In this document: in pieces, positions 29,056-42,800 of the stretch
Layout of the letters: the number at the start of each line of letters is the position of its first letter
How positions within the stretch are numbered: position 1 is the first letter of the stretch
Source of the DNA: the human T2T-CHM13v2.0 reference genome, Homo sapiens
Length of the DNA stretch: 64,000 bases
Assembly: GCF_009914755.1 (NCBI RefSeq)
Contig: NC_060926.1
Direction: 5' to 3' (one strand)
Translations under genes and position numbers: made by a program
The notes under the pieces: model-generated
Told to the model about the DNA's origin: nothing
The model's database searches: none
The model's input: the letters and a program-made list of their open reading frames with translations, nothing else

Positions 29056-31369
29056 TGAAGAACATTCTTCTTGAGAGAGAAGTTTGAAACAAAATACAGG
29101 TAGAAAAGTTAGGGTTTTTATTGTTGTTTGTTTTAATTAACACTAACTATTGTCTCTCAGTAGTGAGCCTAACCATCCTTTCTTCCCACCCTTAACATAC
29201 TCTAGAGCAACCTTCAACAAAACCCAAACCCTCAAGTCCGTTCAGGCTCAGTCTTGCAACACGACTGCTATTATTTCATGTCATTGTTCTGACTTTGCTC
29301 TTCATCATGCCAATATTTCTCAACATCTTTTAAACATCTGGCTTTATTGCAGAGTTTAGTCTTAACTTTTTATGGTGAAGTAGTTATAGAGTCAGAGAAA
29401 ATTGCAAAAAATGTACAGAGAAGCTTTTCTGACTCTTGTCTCATTCTCCCCCAGTGGTAACATCTTACACTGCATTAATACAAAATTACAACCAGGAAAC
29501 TGATATTGGTGCAATCCATAGAGCTTATTCATTAGTTTTACATGCACTCGTCTCTGTGTACATATATAGTTGTACCAATTCTATGCTTAAATAACCCCAC
29601 ATACCCCTCACTCCCCCACCAGCAGTCATCAACCCCTGGCAACCACTAATCTGCTTCCCATCTCTATAATTTTGCCATTTTGGGAATGTTACATAAAGAA
29701 ATTACACAGTATGTGACTTCTTTAAGATTGATTTTTTTTTCACATAGTGTAATTCCTTTGAAACCCATCCAAGTTGTATCCATCCATAGTTGGCTCTTCT
29801 TATTGAGTAGCATTCCATGATATGAATATATCAAAGATTGTTTAACATTCACCCACTGAAGGACATTTGGGTTGTTTTCAGTTTGGGGGCTATTACAAAT
29901 AAAGTTGCCATGACCATTTCTGTAAGTGTTTTGTGTGACTTTAAGTTCTCATTTCTCCAAGGTAAATGTCCAAAAGTGTAATTGCTGGATTCTAAGTGTG
30001 TTTGGTTTTACAAGAAGTAGTCGATATATTTTCCAGTGTGACTATACCATTTTACATTCCCAGCAGCAATGTACAACTGATCCAGTTTTCTGCAACCTCG
30101 TCAACATTTGACATTATCACTATTTTTAAATGTAGCCATTCTCGTAGATGTATACTGATATTTCATTGTAGATTTAATTTACATTTTCCTAATGGCCAGT
30201 AATGTTGACTATCTTCTCATGTGCTTAAATACCATATGTATAGCCTCTTCAGTGAAATGTCTCTTTGTGTCTTTTGCCCATGTTTTAATTGGATCTTTTA
30301 TTTTTTATGGTTTGGTTTTAAGAGTTCTTTATATATTCTATATATAAGTCCTTTGCTAGATATGTGGTTTGCACATATTTTCTCCGAGTCTGTAACTTGC
30401 ATTGTTATGTTCATATCAGCATCTTTTACAATGCAAAAGTTTTTAATTCTGACAAGGTCCAACCTAACAATTTTTCCATGTATGTATTATGCTTTCGGTG
30501 TCAAGTCTAAGAGTTCTTTAGCCCTTGTTGGTGAAGATTTTCTTCTCTATCTTATTCTAAAATTTTTGTAGTTTTACATTATTTTTATTTTTATATGTTA
30601 GAGACAAGATCTCACTATGTTGCCCAAGTTGGAGTGTGCAGTGGCTATTCACAGGTGTGATCATAGTGCATTGCAGCCTCAAACTCATGGGCTCATGTGA
30701 TCTTCCCACTTCAGCCTCCCAAGTAGCTGGGACTAGAGGCTCATACCACCATGCCTGCCCGTGATCCATTTTGAATTGATTCTCGTATAACGTATAATGT
30801 GTAGGCCAAGGTTTTCATATGTTTCATTTTGTTGACCATGGATACATAGTCATTCCAGCACCATTTGTTGAAAGGCTATCCTTTCCCTGTTGAATTGCTT
30901 TTACACCTTTGTCAAAAACAACTTGGGTAAATTTGTGTGCATCTCATTCTGCATTCTTTATTCTATTCCAGTGATCTATGTGACTATCCCTCTACCAATA
31001 CCACAGTGCTTTGATTACTATAGTTATATTGTAAGCGTTATTATCAAATAGAGTTATTCCTCAAATTTTAGTCTTCTTTTCAAAACTGCTTTAGCTATTC
31101 TAGGGTTTTTGCCTTTCCATATAAATTTAAGTGTCAGCTTGTCTACGGTTACAAAAAGATCTTGCTGAAATTTTGATAGGCATTGTGTTACACCTATAGA
31201 TAAATGTAGAGAGAATTGATATCTTTATTATTGCAGACTTACAATCCATGCACATCTCTCCATTTACTTAGGTCTTTGGTTCTTTTAACTAAATTTTTAA
31301 AAAAATTTCAGCATACAGATCCTGTACATGTTTTATTAGATTTATATCTAAATATTCCATTTTCTTTGG

Positions 31370-34300
31370 TGTTAGAAATACCAAAATTGTTAGAAATAGA
31401 TAATTGGTGCCAGGAAGAAAAGTTAGCACAGAGACAAAAGATCTCTCAGCAAGGCCATCTTTACTTTCTGCAGAAAGGGTGCTCAATTACAGATGGAACA
31501 ATGGCAAGACCACACCTGAACAAAAGAAAAGCAGACATATTTATCCCTTACACATTTGGTTCATCCTTACTGCTGTGTCCTGCATCTATTGGCTGGAGCA
31601 GGACCTCACAATCTTAAACTGATACCCGATTTGCTAATAGCCTACAACTTTCCTAATAGTTAAGTACAGGGAAGAACAAAGAAATTGCTTACAAAAGGTT
31701 TAAGGAAGCAATAACATTTCCAAATAAGGAAGGAGCATAGGGTGTGAGCTGGAACGTGCCTGTGAGCATGTTCAGCAGTTACATAGGCTAGGGCTTAACA
31801 AAGAGTTATTAACGCAAAGCAAGAGGCTTGAAGAAAGTTATTCCTCAAAAGAAACCATCATTTCCAACACTCACAATTTATTCTTCAACAAGAAGGAAAA
31901 CTTTGAAGAGGAAATTTTTACTTTCTACAATCCCTCCTCTTTTACTTTTTAGTTTTCCTCTTCAAACTTGCTTAACATGTCTTGGCTTAGTTGTTTTGAT
32001 TAACTCTTGGATGTATGGTACAACATAATACTTAAGAAGAAGGAGTATACTTATTATAGTTGTTGAAGAGGTAAGAATTGAAGCTATGTTTGTTTGTTTG
32101 TTTGTTTGTTTCTTGTTGATGAAATACTAGAGTAAAAGGGATAGGCAATTGAACTAGAGCAAAAGTATTGCTCCAATTATTTGGCAGAGTGTCCAGTAAT
32201 GGTCCTCCATAATACCACCATACATCCGCTAAGGGCAGGTGTATGAATAAGGGTGGACTGATGGGTCAGCTCTTGGAAGTGACTGACTTCACTGCATCCT
32301 GTTAAGTCTCCAAGGAATGCCAGATTTTTCCCCTTGTCATTGGATATATGAGGTAAAATTGGTTTTGGAAGATGGAGGCTGGATGGCCCTCGCAGGCTGA
32401 TCCGCAGGGTGTTGAACTTCAGGAAATAGCAGAAAAAGAGCTTGGCACAATTCTTTATTCCAGGGGGTGGAATCTTGAAAAAGAGCTACCATGCACTCCA
32501 TGTCCCCTTGATTTGAGGACCATGCTAGTGGAAAGGCAACAACGTGGGCCTCTGGCCTACCTTGCACACAAGAGTAGCAGTCACTTTTGTTTAAAGTGCA
32601 AACAGAATATTTAATCTATTTTAACCAGGCATTTACATCTTTATACCCTGTTTCAATGGCTATGGTTTGCCATAGGTCTCCTATTTCTACTACTGAGACC
32701 TTGCTTTTGTCATTTGGCATGAGGCGAGTCATAGTTTGATTTTGTAGGTTTGGGAAAGGTGCAGTTGTAGGAGGTAGAGGAGGGAGAACAAAGTGCACCT
32801 TAAAGAAGCCTATAGGATCCTTTCCAGTGACTTCTGCTCCTAAACCACAGAAGTGCCCTACAGTGGGGTTAGAGTTGCTGGTGGTAGGAATAGTAATGGA
32901 TTTAAGCACTGGGTTAGGAAAGGAAAGGAAAAGATAGATAGACTAAGCTTTCCTTAGCTTTAATTTGGTAGGGCTTGACCCAGGAACAATGGCCCATGAT
33001 TCTGAGGATAATGGCACTTGCTTGACTCAGGTGTCATGTGTCCATCCCTTTCCGCTGTACGAACAGCAGTCTCGATGGTTAGCAGCACAAGGTACGGTCC
33101 TTCCAAGGCTGGCCCGAGTTTCCCTTCTTTCTATCCTTTGATGAGAATGTGATCCCCAGGCTGATGCTGATGTACTGGAAACTCCAAGGGCGGCATCTGT
33201 GCTAAAAGACCTTTTGTTTCAAGGGAAGAGAAGGTGGAGGATAAACCAAGTATATAATTTCTAAGAAATTGATCTTTTGTTTTAAACGTGGGTACATCAA
33301 CAGTGGACTTTATAGTCCTTTGTGCCTTCTTGCTGATAAATTTTCTTTAGCACCGATTTTTATTAGTTTTTAGACCAAAGAAAGCCAAACACCATTTTAT
33401 ATTTGACAGTGCTTCGTATATGATTTTATACTAGAAAAGCTAAATTTTACCTTTATATGAGTGTGTCATTAATGTTAAATTTAATTTTAATAAAACCTTG
33501 TTGACATATGTATCCAATTTTAATGTCTGACCATAAGGTAAGATTTTTATAGACTGTTTTTAACCTTTTATAATTTTTTGTTAAAGAGCAGGTTAGTGTT
33601 TTAAGAAAAACCTGTTGTTCTTTTATTTTAATATCCAGTTCACAGAAAAACTGGATGACACCCCTTTAACTTTAGCCAATATGTTTACACACAGAATTTC
33701 CTTTACAATTAAAGTTTCAAAACTTGCTTAAACCTTCAAAACAAAATTTTTTTAACCTTTTAATGTAGGTAGAAATCCACATTCTTATGCCTCCTTATAA
33801 TCCTTTTACCAAAAGTTTATTTTGCTTTCCTTACATACCTTGCATATAAACTGTTTCTTCAATAGTTTTACATTCAGGAGGCCTAATTACTTTTAAGTTA
33901 TACAACATTTCTTGCATAAATTCCCTTTTATAATTTTGTTTTTCACAACTTTTACAGACAATTCTTCGACATGCCTCAACTTTCTGAGTTGTTGCTAACA
34001 TCGCTTTCTTTAAACAACCAGTTAATTTATTTTAGGACAAGAATTTACCATATAACATTCCTTTTTACATAAATTCTCCCCTCCCCCCTTTTTTTTTCCT
34101 CAAAGATGATAGCCATTCTTTTCCAAAGTGAACTTCCTTCATGTCTGTGGACTGGACTGTTAAAGGCCACAAGATTAGAAGTTAGGATAATACATATGAC
34201 ACTGTTAATATTTAGCAAATTTTACTTTTGTTGAAAACCTTGTAAGTTTGGGATTTCAATTATCCTTTGCTATTAATAAGACCTAATTTAGTCCAAATTT

Positions 34301-36687
34301 AACTTAGAATTGCTATAGATGACTCCTTCCTGAATCTGTAAGTATTTTAAGGCTTGGCTGAGTGCAAACAGCTCCCACCTTTGAGCAGACCAATTATTAG
34401 GCAATTTTCCTAACTCTGCTTCTACAAGAGTTTCCTTATCACTTACTGAATACCCATTGTGTCCTTTTCTCTCAATCACCTGGGAGGAACCATCTATCAT
34501 CCTGTCACCAAGGAGGAACCGTCAATCATCCTGTCCTGAAGGGAGTTCCTCCTAGGTCTGGTAGGACCTTTCTATGGTAACTAAGATTTAGATCCCCGTT
34601 AGGAAACCTACTGAGTTAAGGGAATTTTCAGTGGCTAACGTTAAATCACTTTTTCTAACAGAATAGCCGCATACCTTAAGGTTCTTGAGTCAGTGAGCTA
34701 CCTTTTAGCTTTTGGGTTTTGTTGTTTGTTTGTTTGACTTAGGTTAGTTCTGGCCTGATGAGGTGTGCTCACAATGAGGTTTCCTCTAAAAGTTATTTTT
34801 CTACTTTGCTCTCTTAGCAAAGCAGTTGCTGCTACAGATTGAATGCATTTGGGCCATCTACGGGTTACTGGGTTAAGGATTTTTTATTAGAAAGGCTTCA
34901 GGTTGTCAGTGGCCTCAGTGCTTTCGGGCTACGCCCCTGTTTACACTGACAACAAGGTGGTATTGGAGTGTTATAGGGTCATGAAGAAGACTTTCAATTA
35001 TCAATTACAAGTTTTAAATTTACCCTGGCTTTTAAATGACTAGGGTACAGTTTTCTCTTTACTACTTCCATCTCTCTCTTTCTCTCTCTTCCTTGACTCT
35101 GTCTCTCTCTCTCTTTTACTACCTCTTTATCTCTCTGTCTCTTTCTCTCACTCTCTGATTCTCCATCTCTCTCTCTCTCTTTCTTCCTCTTTCTCTTTGA
35201 CTCCCTCTTTGTCTCTCCGCCTCTCTCTCTTTCTCTCCCTTATTTCCTCTCCCAGTTTCTCTCTCCTCTCTGCTGGTCTTTCCCTGCCTCTGCCAGCCAC
35301 TTATGTTGCTGCTCTCCCTTCTCCTTCCCCTTCCCCTAGGGGAGCAACCAGCAGGAGTGGAGCTTAGCCTCTTTCTTACCCCTTTCTTACCTCTTTCAGG
35401 GGAGTTCTGAATATTTTTCTTACTACCGGAGGTTTGTGTGAGGTTCAACCACCTGAAATTTGCAGAAGGTTCAACCCCTCAAACCAGGGATGTCTTGCCT
35501 TGCCTGTCCTGGAAGGCTCAACCCCTCAAACCAGTGGGTGTCTTGCCTTGCCTGCCCTGGGAGGTTGACCTGGTTTCTCCCTTCCCCTCTCTGAAGGTCC
35601 CTTGCACACTTCCCACTTGTGTTGTCCTCTCTGGCCGCTCCCCCAAGGGAGAATTAGGCCCCTTTTAGTGTTGGCGTGCAGGTATAAATCCCATGGCAGG
35701 ATCCGCCCTAAGCCATATGAGGTAGCTATGGAACCGCAGAGAGGACCCACTCACTCCATCCAGCAGTAGGACTTGTCACCATCCACACAAACAACACCGC
35801 AAGCAGGGTTATCTGTGATCATTCACGCACATGTACATTTAGCCCTCCAGAATTTCATGACCAAGGAAGTACTTTACCGGCTCCTGTGGCTTTGCCTTCC
35901 TTGGTCTGTGCACAAAGTCATCGCTGCAGTATGTGAGGATCCTTTAAGCTAGGTTGCTGGCCAGTTTCTTTCTGCATTGCTGAGAGCTCGGGTTATTCCT
36001 CGCACCAGGTGGGTCTTGGTCCCTTACCCCTGAGGCCACCGCAAGAGGTGGTGTGGTGCCTCCTCATGAAAGAGGACTAGAGATGCCCCCGGAGGAGAAT
36101 GTATCCCCATACGATTGCCACCAAAATTGTTAGAAATATCAAAATTGTTAGAAATACATCATTGGTGCCACAAAGGAAAGTCAGCACAGAGACAAAAGAT
36201 CTCTCAGCAAGGCCATCTTTACTTTCTGCAGAAAGGGTGCTCAATTGCAGATGGAACAATGGCAGGAGAACACTTGAACAAAGGAAAAGCAGACATATTT
36301 ATCCCTTACACATTTGGGTTGTCCTTGCTGCGTGTCCTATGTCCGTTGGCTGGAGCAGGACCTCACAATCTTAAACTGATATCCGATTTGCTAATAGCCT
36401 ACAACTTTCCTAAATAGGTAAGTACAGGGAAGAGCAAAGAAGTTGGTTACAAAAGTTTTAAGGAAACAATAACATTTCCAAATAAGGAAGGGGCATAGGC
36501 TGTGAGCTGGAACGGGCCTGTGAGCACATTCAACAGTTACATAGGCTAGGGCTTAACAAAGAGTTATTAACACAAAGCAAGGAGGCTTGAAGAAAGTTAG
36601 TCCTCAAAAGAAACCATCATTTCCAACACACAATTTATTCTTCAACAAGAAGGAAAACTTTGAAGAGGAAACTTTTTACTTTCTACA
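31370..36687 (-). mobile_element. HERV-I family provirus (LTR10 / HERVIP10-like), internally deleted, antisense to MARCO
   Basis: Two 560-bp LTRs (3' LTR 31370-31929, 5' LTR 36128-36687), TSD TTTGG (31365-69, 36688-92), PBS TGGTGGCaatCGTATGGGGA resembling tRNA-Ile (36104-36123), PPT AAAAGAGGAGGGAT (31930-31943), RNase H remnant LPNNWSAQRWELFAL (about 34350-34420), integrase GPY motif (about 33030-33105), env remnant IAIETGYKDVNAWL. Confidence 0.93.
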
Positions 36688-36831
36688 TTTGGTGTGATTG
36701 TCAGTTCTATTATGCTTTTAATTTGGTTTCCATTTATTGTTAGTATATAGAAATGTGGTTGATTTTTGTGTGTTCATCTTGTGTCTTCCAACTATGTGAA
36801 TTTATTTATTCATTCGAAAAGTTTTCTGGAG

Positions 36832-39800
36832 GTGGGGGGAACGATGGTGGATGAGAGGCGGGACTAGATTTCTGCTCCAGACAGAGCAGCATGCAGAGGC
36901 TTGCATTGTGAATTTTAGCTCCATATCAACTGCAAGAACAAACCAGCAATCCTGAGAGGATCCACAGACCCTCTGAAGGAAGTGGACTGCTCCTGAAGGA
37001 CCCAGTAGACACCCCAAATACTGCGAGTGCCCCAGCCGTGTAAGTGGAAAAGGGAGACCCTCGTCTCCTGAACACACACCCTCACTGGAGAAGATGAAGG
37101 TCTGTTTGCAGGAGAAGTTTCTGACTTTACCTGGAGCTGATCAAGTTAGAGAGCTGAGCCAAGTGAAATACAGGGGTGGGGGAAGCAGCAGAAAGGCCCT
37201 GGGAGCTTGCTGGGTCCCCAAGCAGCCCACTCCTGGCTGGCACCACAGGAATCCATCAGGAAGGTGGCCAGAGGAGCAGGGGCAAAACTCCACAGGGAGA
37301 AAGGATTCTCTAGCTGAACTTTGTAACAATTTGAACAGGGTGAGAAGCCTCCTGACCAGAACTCAGGGGAGGGTGCGAATCCAGCTTGCAGACTTCACAG
37401 GCAGGAGAAGATCTAAAGCCCTTGTCTTTGGCAGCTGGGAGGCAGAGAAAGCCTCAGGCAAGTTTTCAAGGCTGTCTCCCCCTCCCCCTGGAAACACACT
37501 TGGGGCTGTTGCTGGGGGCACAGTGGGAGTAAGACTGGCCCTTTGGTTTGTGTGGGAGCTGGGTGAGGCCTGTGACTGCCAGCTTTCCCCCACTTCCCTG
37601 ACAACCTGCATGACTCAGCAGAGGCAGCCATAATCCTTCTAGGTACACAACTCCAGTGACCTGGGAATCTCACCCCTATCCCCCACGGCAGCTGCAGCAA
37701 GACCTGCCGAAGGAGACTCTGAGATCATACATGCCTAGTCCCACCCCTGGACCTGATGGTCCTTCCCTACCTGCCCTGGTGGCAGAAGACAAAAGACATG
37801 TGATATTGGGAGTTCTAGGGCCACACCCACTGCCAGTCCCCCTCCACACTACTACAGCTGATGCTTTCTGGAAATTGCTACCTCCTGGCAGGCCAACCAG
37901 CACAAAAATAGAGCATTAAACCACCAAAGCTAAGGACCCTCACAGAGTCCACTGCACCCTCTGCTGCGTCCGCTGGAACAGGTGCTGGTATCCACAGCTA
38001 AGAGGCCGTTAGTTGGTTCACATGAGAGGACTTTGTGCAGACAACCCCCAGTACCAGCCTGGAGCTGGGTAAAGTTGCTGGGTGACTAGACCCAGAAGAG
38101 AGACAAAAATCACTGCAGTTTGACTCACAGGAAGCCACATCCACAGGAAAACAGGAAGAATACTACATCAAGGGAACACCCCGTGGGACAAAAAAATCTG
38201 AACAGCAATCTTCAGCCCTAGACTTCCCTCTAACAGAACCTACCCAAATGAGAAGGAACTAGAAAACCAACCCTGGTAATATGACGAAACAAGGCTCATC
38301 AACACCACACCCTCAACCCCCGCCCTGCCAAAAATAGAAAAAAAAAAAATCACACTAGTTCACCAGCAATGGATCCAAGCCAAGAAGAAATCCCTGATTT
38401 ACCTGAAAAAAAATTCAGGAGGTTAGTTATTAAGTTAATCAGGGAGGGACCAGGGAAAGGTGAAGCCCAATGCAAGGAAATCTAAAAAATTATATGAGAA
38501 GTGAAGGGAGAAATACTCAAGAAAATAGATAGTTTAAATAAAAAAACAATAAAAATTCAGGAAACTTTGGACACACTTTTAGAGATGTGAAATGCTCTGG
38601 AAAGTCTCAGTGATAGAATTGGATAAGTAGAAGAAAGAAATGCAGAGCTCAAAGACAAGGTCTTTGAATTAACCCAATCCAACAAAGACAAAGAAAAAAG
38701 AGTAAAAAAATATGAACAAACCTCCAAGAAGTCTGGAATTATGGTAAACAACCACACCTAAGAATAATTGATGTTCCTGAGGAAAAAGACAATTGTAAAA
38801 GCTTGGAAAACATACTTGGGGGAATAATCAAGGAAAACTTTCCTGGCCTTCCCAGAGACTTAGACATGGAAACACAAGAAGCACAAAGAAGACCTGGGAA
38901 ATTCGTTGCAAAAAGATCTTCCCCTAGACACATTGTCATCAGGTTATCTAAAGTTAAGATGAAGGAAAGAGTCTTAAGAGCTGTGAGACAGAAGCACAAG
39001 GTAACCTATAAAGGAAAACCTATCAGATTAACAGCAGATTTCTCAGCAGAAACCCTACAAGCTAGAAGGGATTGGGGCCCTATCTTCTGCCTCCTCAAGC
39101 AAAACAATTATCAGCCAAGAATTTTGTATCCAGCAAAACTAAGCATCATATATGAAGGAAAGACACAGTCATTTTCTGCCAAGCAAATGCTGAGATAATT
39201 CACCATGGCCAAGCCACCACAACAAGAACTGCTAAAAACTTGAACTGTTTAAATCTGTTTAAATCTTGAAACAAATCCCAGAAATACATCAAAACAGAAT
39301 CTCTTTAAGTCATATATCACACAGGACCTATAAAACAAAAATATAAGTTAAAAAGCAAAATCAAAAAACCAAAATGAAACAAAGTACAGGCAACAAAAAG
39401 CATGATGAATGCAATGGTACCTCACATTTCAATACTAGCATTAAATATAAATGGCCTAAATGCTCCACTTAAAAGATACAGAACTGCAGAATGGATAAGA
39501 ACTCAACAACCAACTACCTGCTAACTTCAGGAGACTCACCTAACACATAAGGACTCACATAAACTTAAAATAAAGGGGTGGAGAAAGGCATTTCATGCAA
39601 ATGGACACCAAAAGTGAGCAGGGGTAGATATTCTTATATCAGACAAAACAATCTTTAAAGTAACAGAGGTTAAAAGAGACAAAAAGGGACATTATGTAAT
39701 GGTAAAAGTCCTTGTCCAACAGGAAGATATCACAATCCCAAACATTTATGCACCTAACACTGGAGCTCTCAAATTTATAAAACAATTACTAATAGACCTA

Positions 39801-42800
39801 AGAAATGAGATAGACAGCAACACAATAATAGTGAGGTACTTCAATACTCCACTGACAGCACAGGAGGGTCATCAAGACAGAAAGTCAACAAAGAAACAAT
39901 GGATTTAAACTATACCTTTGAGCAAATGGACTTAGCAGATATATACAGAACATTTCATCCAACAACCAAAGAATACACATTCTATTCAACAGTGCATGGA
40001 ACTTTCTCCAAGAGAGACCATATGATAGGCCATAAAATGACCCTCAATAAATTTAAGAAAATTGAAATTATATCAAGCATTCTCTCAGACCACAGTGGAA
40101 TAAAACTGGAAATCAATTCCAAAAGGAACCTTCAAAGCCATGCAAATACATGGAAATTAAATAACCTGCTACTGAATGAGGATTGGGTCAAAAATGATAT
40201 CAAGATGGAAATTTAAAAATTCTTTGAACTGAATGACAATAATGACACAACCTATCAAAACCTCTAGGATACAGCTAAGGTGTTGCTAAGAGGAAAGTTC
40301 ATACTCCTAAAGATCTACATCAAAAAGTCTGAAAGAGCACAGACAATCTAAGGTCACACCTCAAGGAACTAGAGAAACAAGAACAAACCAAACGCAAACC
40401 CAGCAGAAGAAAGGAAGTAACCAAGATCAGAGCAGAACTAAATAAAATTGAAACAAAAAAATACAAAAGATAAATGAAACAAAAAGCTGGTTCTTTAAAA
40501 TATAAACAAAATTGATAGACCGTTAACAAGATAAACGAAGGAAAGAAGAGAGAAAAACCAAATAACCTCACTAAGAAATAAAACAGGATATATTACAACT
40601 GACACCATTGAAATACAAAAGATCATTCAAGGCTACTATGAATAATACCTTTACTCACATAAACTAGAAAACCTAGAAGAGATGGATAAATTCCTGGAAA
40701 AATACAACGTTCCTAGCTTAAATCAGGAAGAATTAGATACCCTGAACAGACCAATAGCAAGCAGCGAGATTGTTTGGTAATTTAAAAATTACCCCCCAAA
40801 AACAAACAAACAAACAAACAGTCCAGGACCAGACAGATTCACAGCAGAATTCTATCAGACATTAAAAGAAGAATACTAAGGTACCAATCCTTTTGACACT
40901 ATTCCACAAGACAGAGAAAGAAGGAACCCTCCCTAATTCATTCTATGAAGCCTTCATTACCCTAACACCAAAACCAGGAAAGGACACAACCAAAAAAGAA
41001 AACTACAGACCAGTATCCTTGATGAACATAGATGTGAAAATCCTTAACAAAATACTAGTTATGGTGGATATCATAAAGATAATCCACCATGGATCAAGTG
41101 GGTTTCATAGCAGGGGTGCAGGGATGGTTTAACATTCCCAGGTCAATAAATTTGATACACCACATAAACAGAATTAAAAACAAAAATCACATGATCATTT
41201 CAATAGATGCAGAAAAAGCATTCAATAAAATCCAGCATCCCTTTATGATTAAAACCCTCAGTAAAATCAGCATACAAGGGATATACCTTAATGTAATAAA
41301 GGCCATCTATGACAAACCCACAGACAACATAATACTGAATGGGGAAAAATTGAAAGCATTCCCTCTGAGAACGGGAACAAGATAAGGATGCTCACTCTCA
41401 CCACTCCTCTTCAACATAGTGCTGAAAGTCCTAGCCAGAGCAATCAGACAAGATTAAAAAAAAAGGGCATCCAAATTGGTAAAGAGGAAATCAAACTGTC
41501 CCTTTTTGCTGATGATATGACTGCTTACTTTGAAAACCTTAAGGGCTCCTCCAGAAAGCTCCTAGAACTGATAAAAGAATTCAGCAAAGTTTCTGGATAC
41601 AAGATTAATGTATGCAAATCAATAGCTCTTCCTTACACCAACAGTGACCAATCAGAGAATCAAATCAGGAACTCAATCACTTTTGCAATAGCTGCAAAAA
41701 AAAAAAAAAATACAATACTTAGGAAGATACCTAACAAAGGAGTCAAAAGACCTCTTCAAAGAAAATTACAAAACACTGCTGAAAGAATCATAGATGACAC
41801 AAACAAATGGAAACACATCCCATGCTCATGGATGGGTAGAAACAATAATGTGAAAATAATCGTACTGCCAAAAGCAATCTACAAATTCGATGCAATCCCC
41901 ATCAAAATACCACCATCATTCTTCACAGAGTTAGAAAAAACAATTCTAAAATTCATATGGAACCAAAAAAGAGAAGGCATAGCCAAAACAAGACTAAGCA
42001 AAAAGAACAAATTTGGAGGCATCACACTATCTGATTTCAAACTATACTATAAGGCCACAGTCACCAAAACAGTGTGGTACCAGTATAAAAAATAGCACAT
42101 AGACCAATGGAAAAGAACAGAGAACCCAGAAATAAACCCAAATACTTAAAGCAAACAAAAATATAAAGTGGGGAAAGGACACCCTTTTCAACAAATGGTG
42201 CTGGGATAATTGGCTAGCCACATATAGGAGAATGAAACTTGATCCTCCTCTCTCACCTTGTACAAAAATCAACTCAAGATGGATTAAGGACTTAAACCAA
42301 AGACCTGAAACTGTAAACATTATAGAAGATAACATTGGGAAAACCCTTCTAGACATTGGCTTAAGCAAAGATTTCATGACCAAGAACCCAAAAGTAAATG
42401 CAATAAAAACAAAGATAAATAGCTGGGACCTAATTAAACTAAAGAGCTTTTGCACGGCAAAAGGAACAGTCAGCAGAGTAAACAGACAACCCACAGAGTG
42501 GGAGAAAATCTTCACAAATCTATACATCGGACAAAGGATTAATGTCCAGAATCTACAACAAACTCAAACAAATCAGTAAGAAAAAAAATTCCATCAAAAA
42601 GTGGGCTAAGGATATGAAAAAACAATTCTCAAAAGAAGATGTACAAATGGCCAAGTGACATGTGAAAAAATGCTCAACATCACTAATGATCAGGGAAATG
42701 CAAATCAAAACCACAGTGTGATACTACCTTACTCCTGCAAGAATGGCCATAATAAAAAAAATCAAAAAAACCACAGATGTTGGCATGGATGTGGTGATCA

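Noticed and set aside
31216-31622. Paired similar ORFs here and at 36099-36417
   Set aside because: They are the two LTR copies read on the antisense strand, not duplicated genes.
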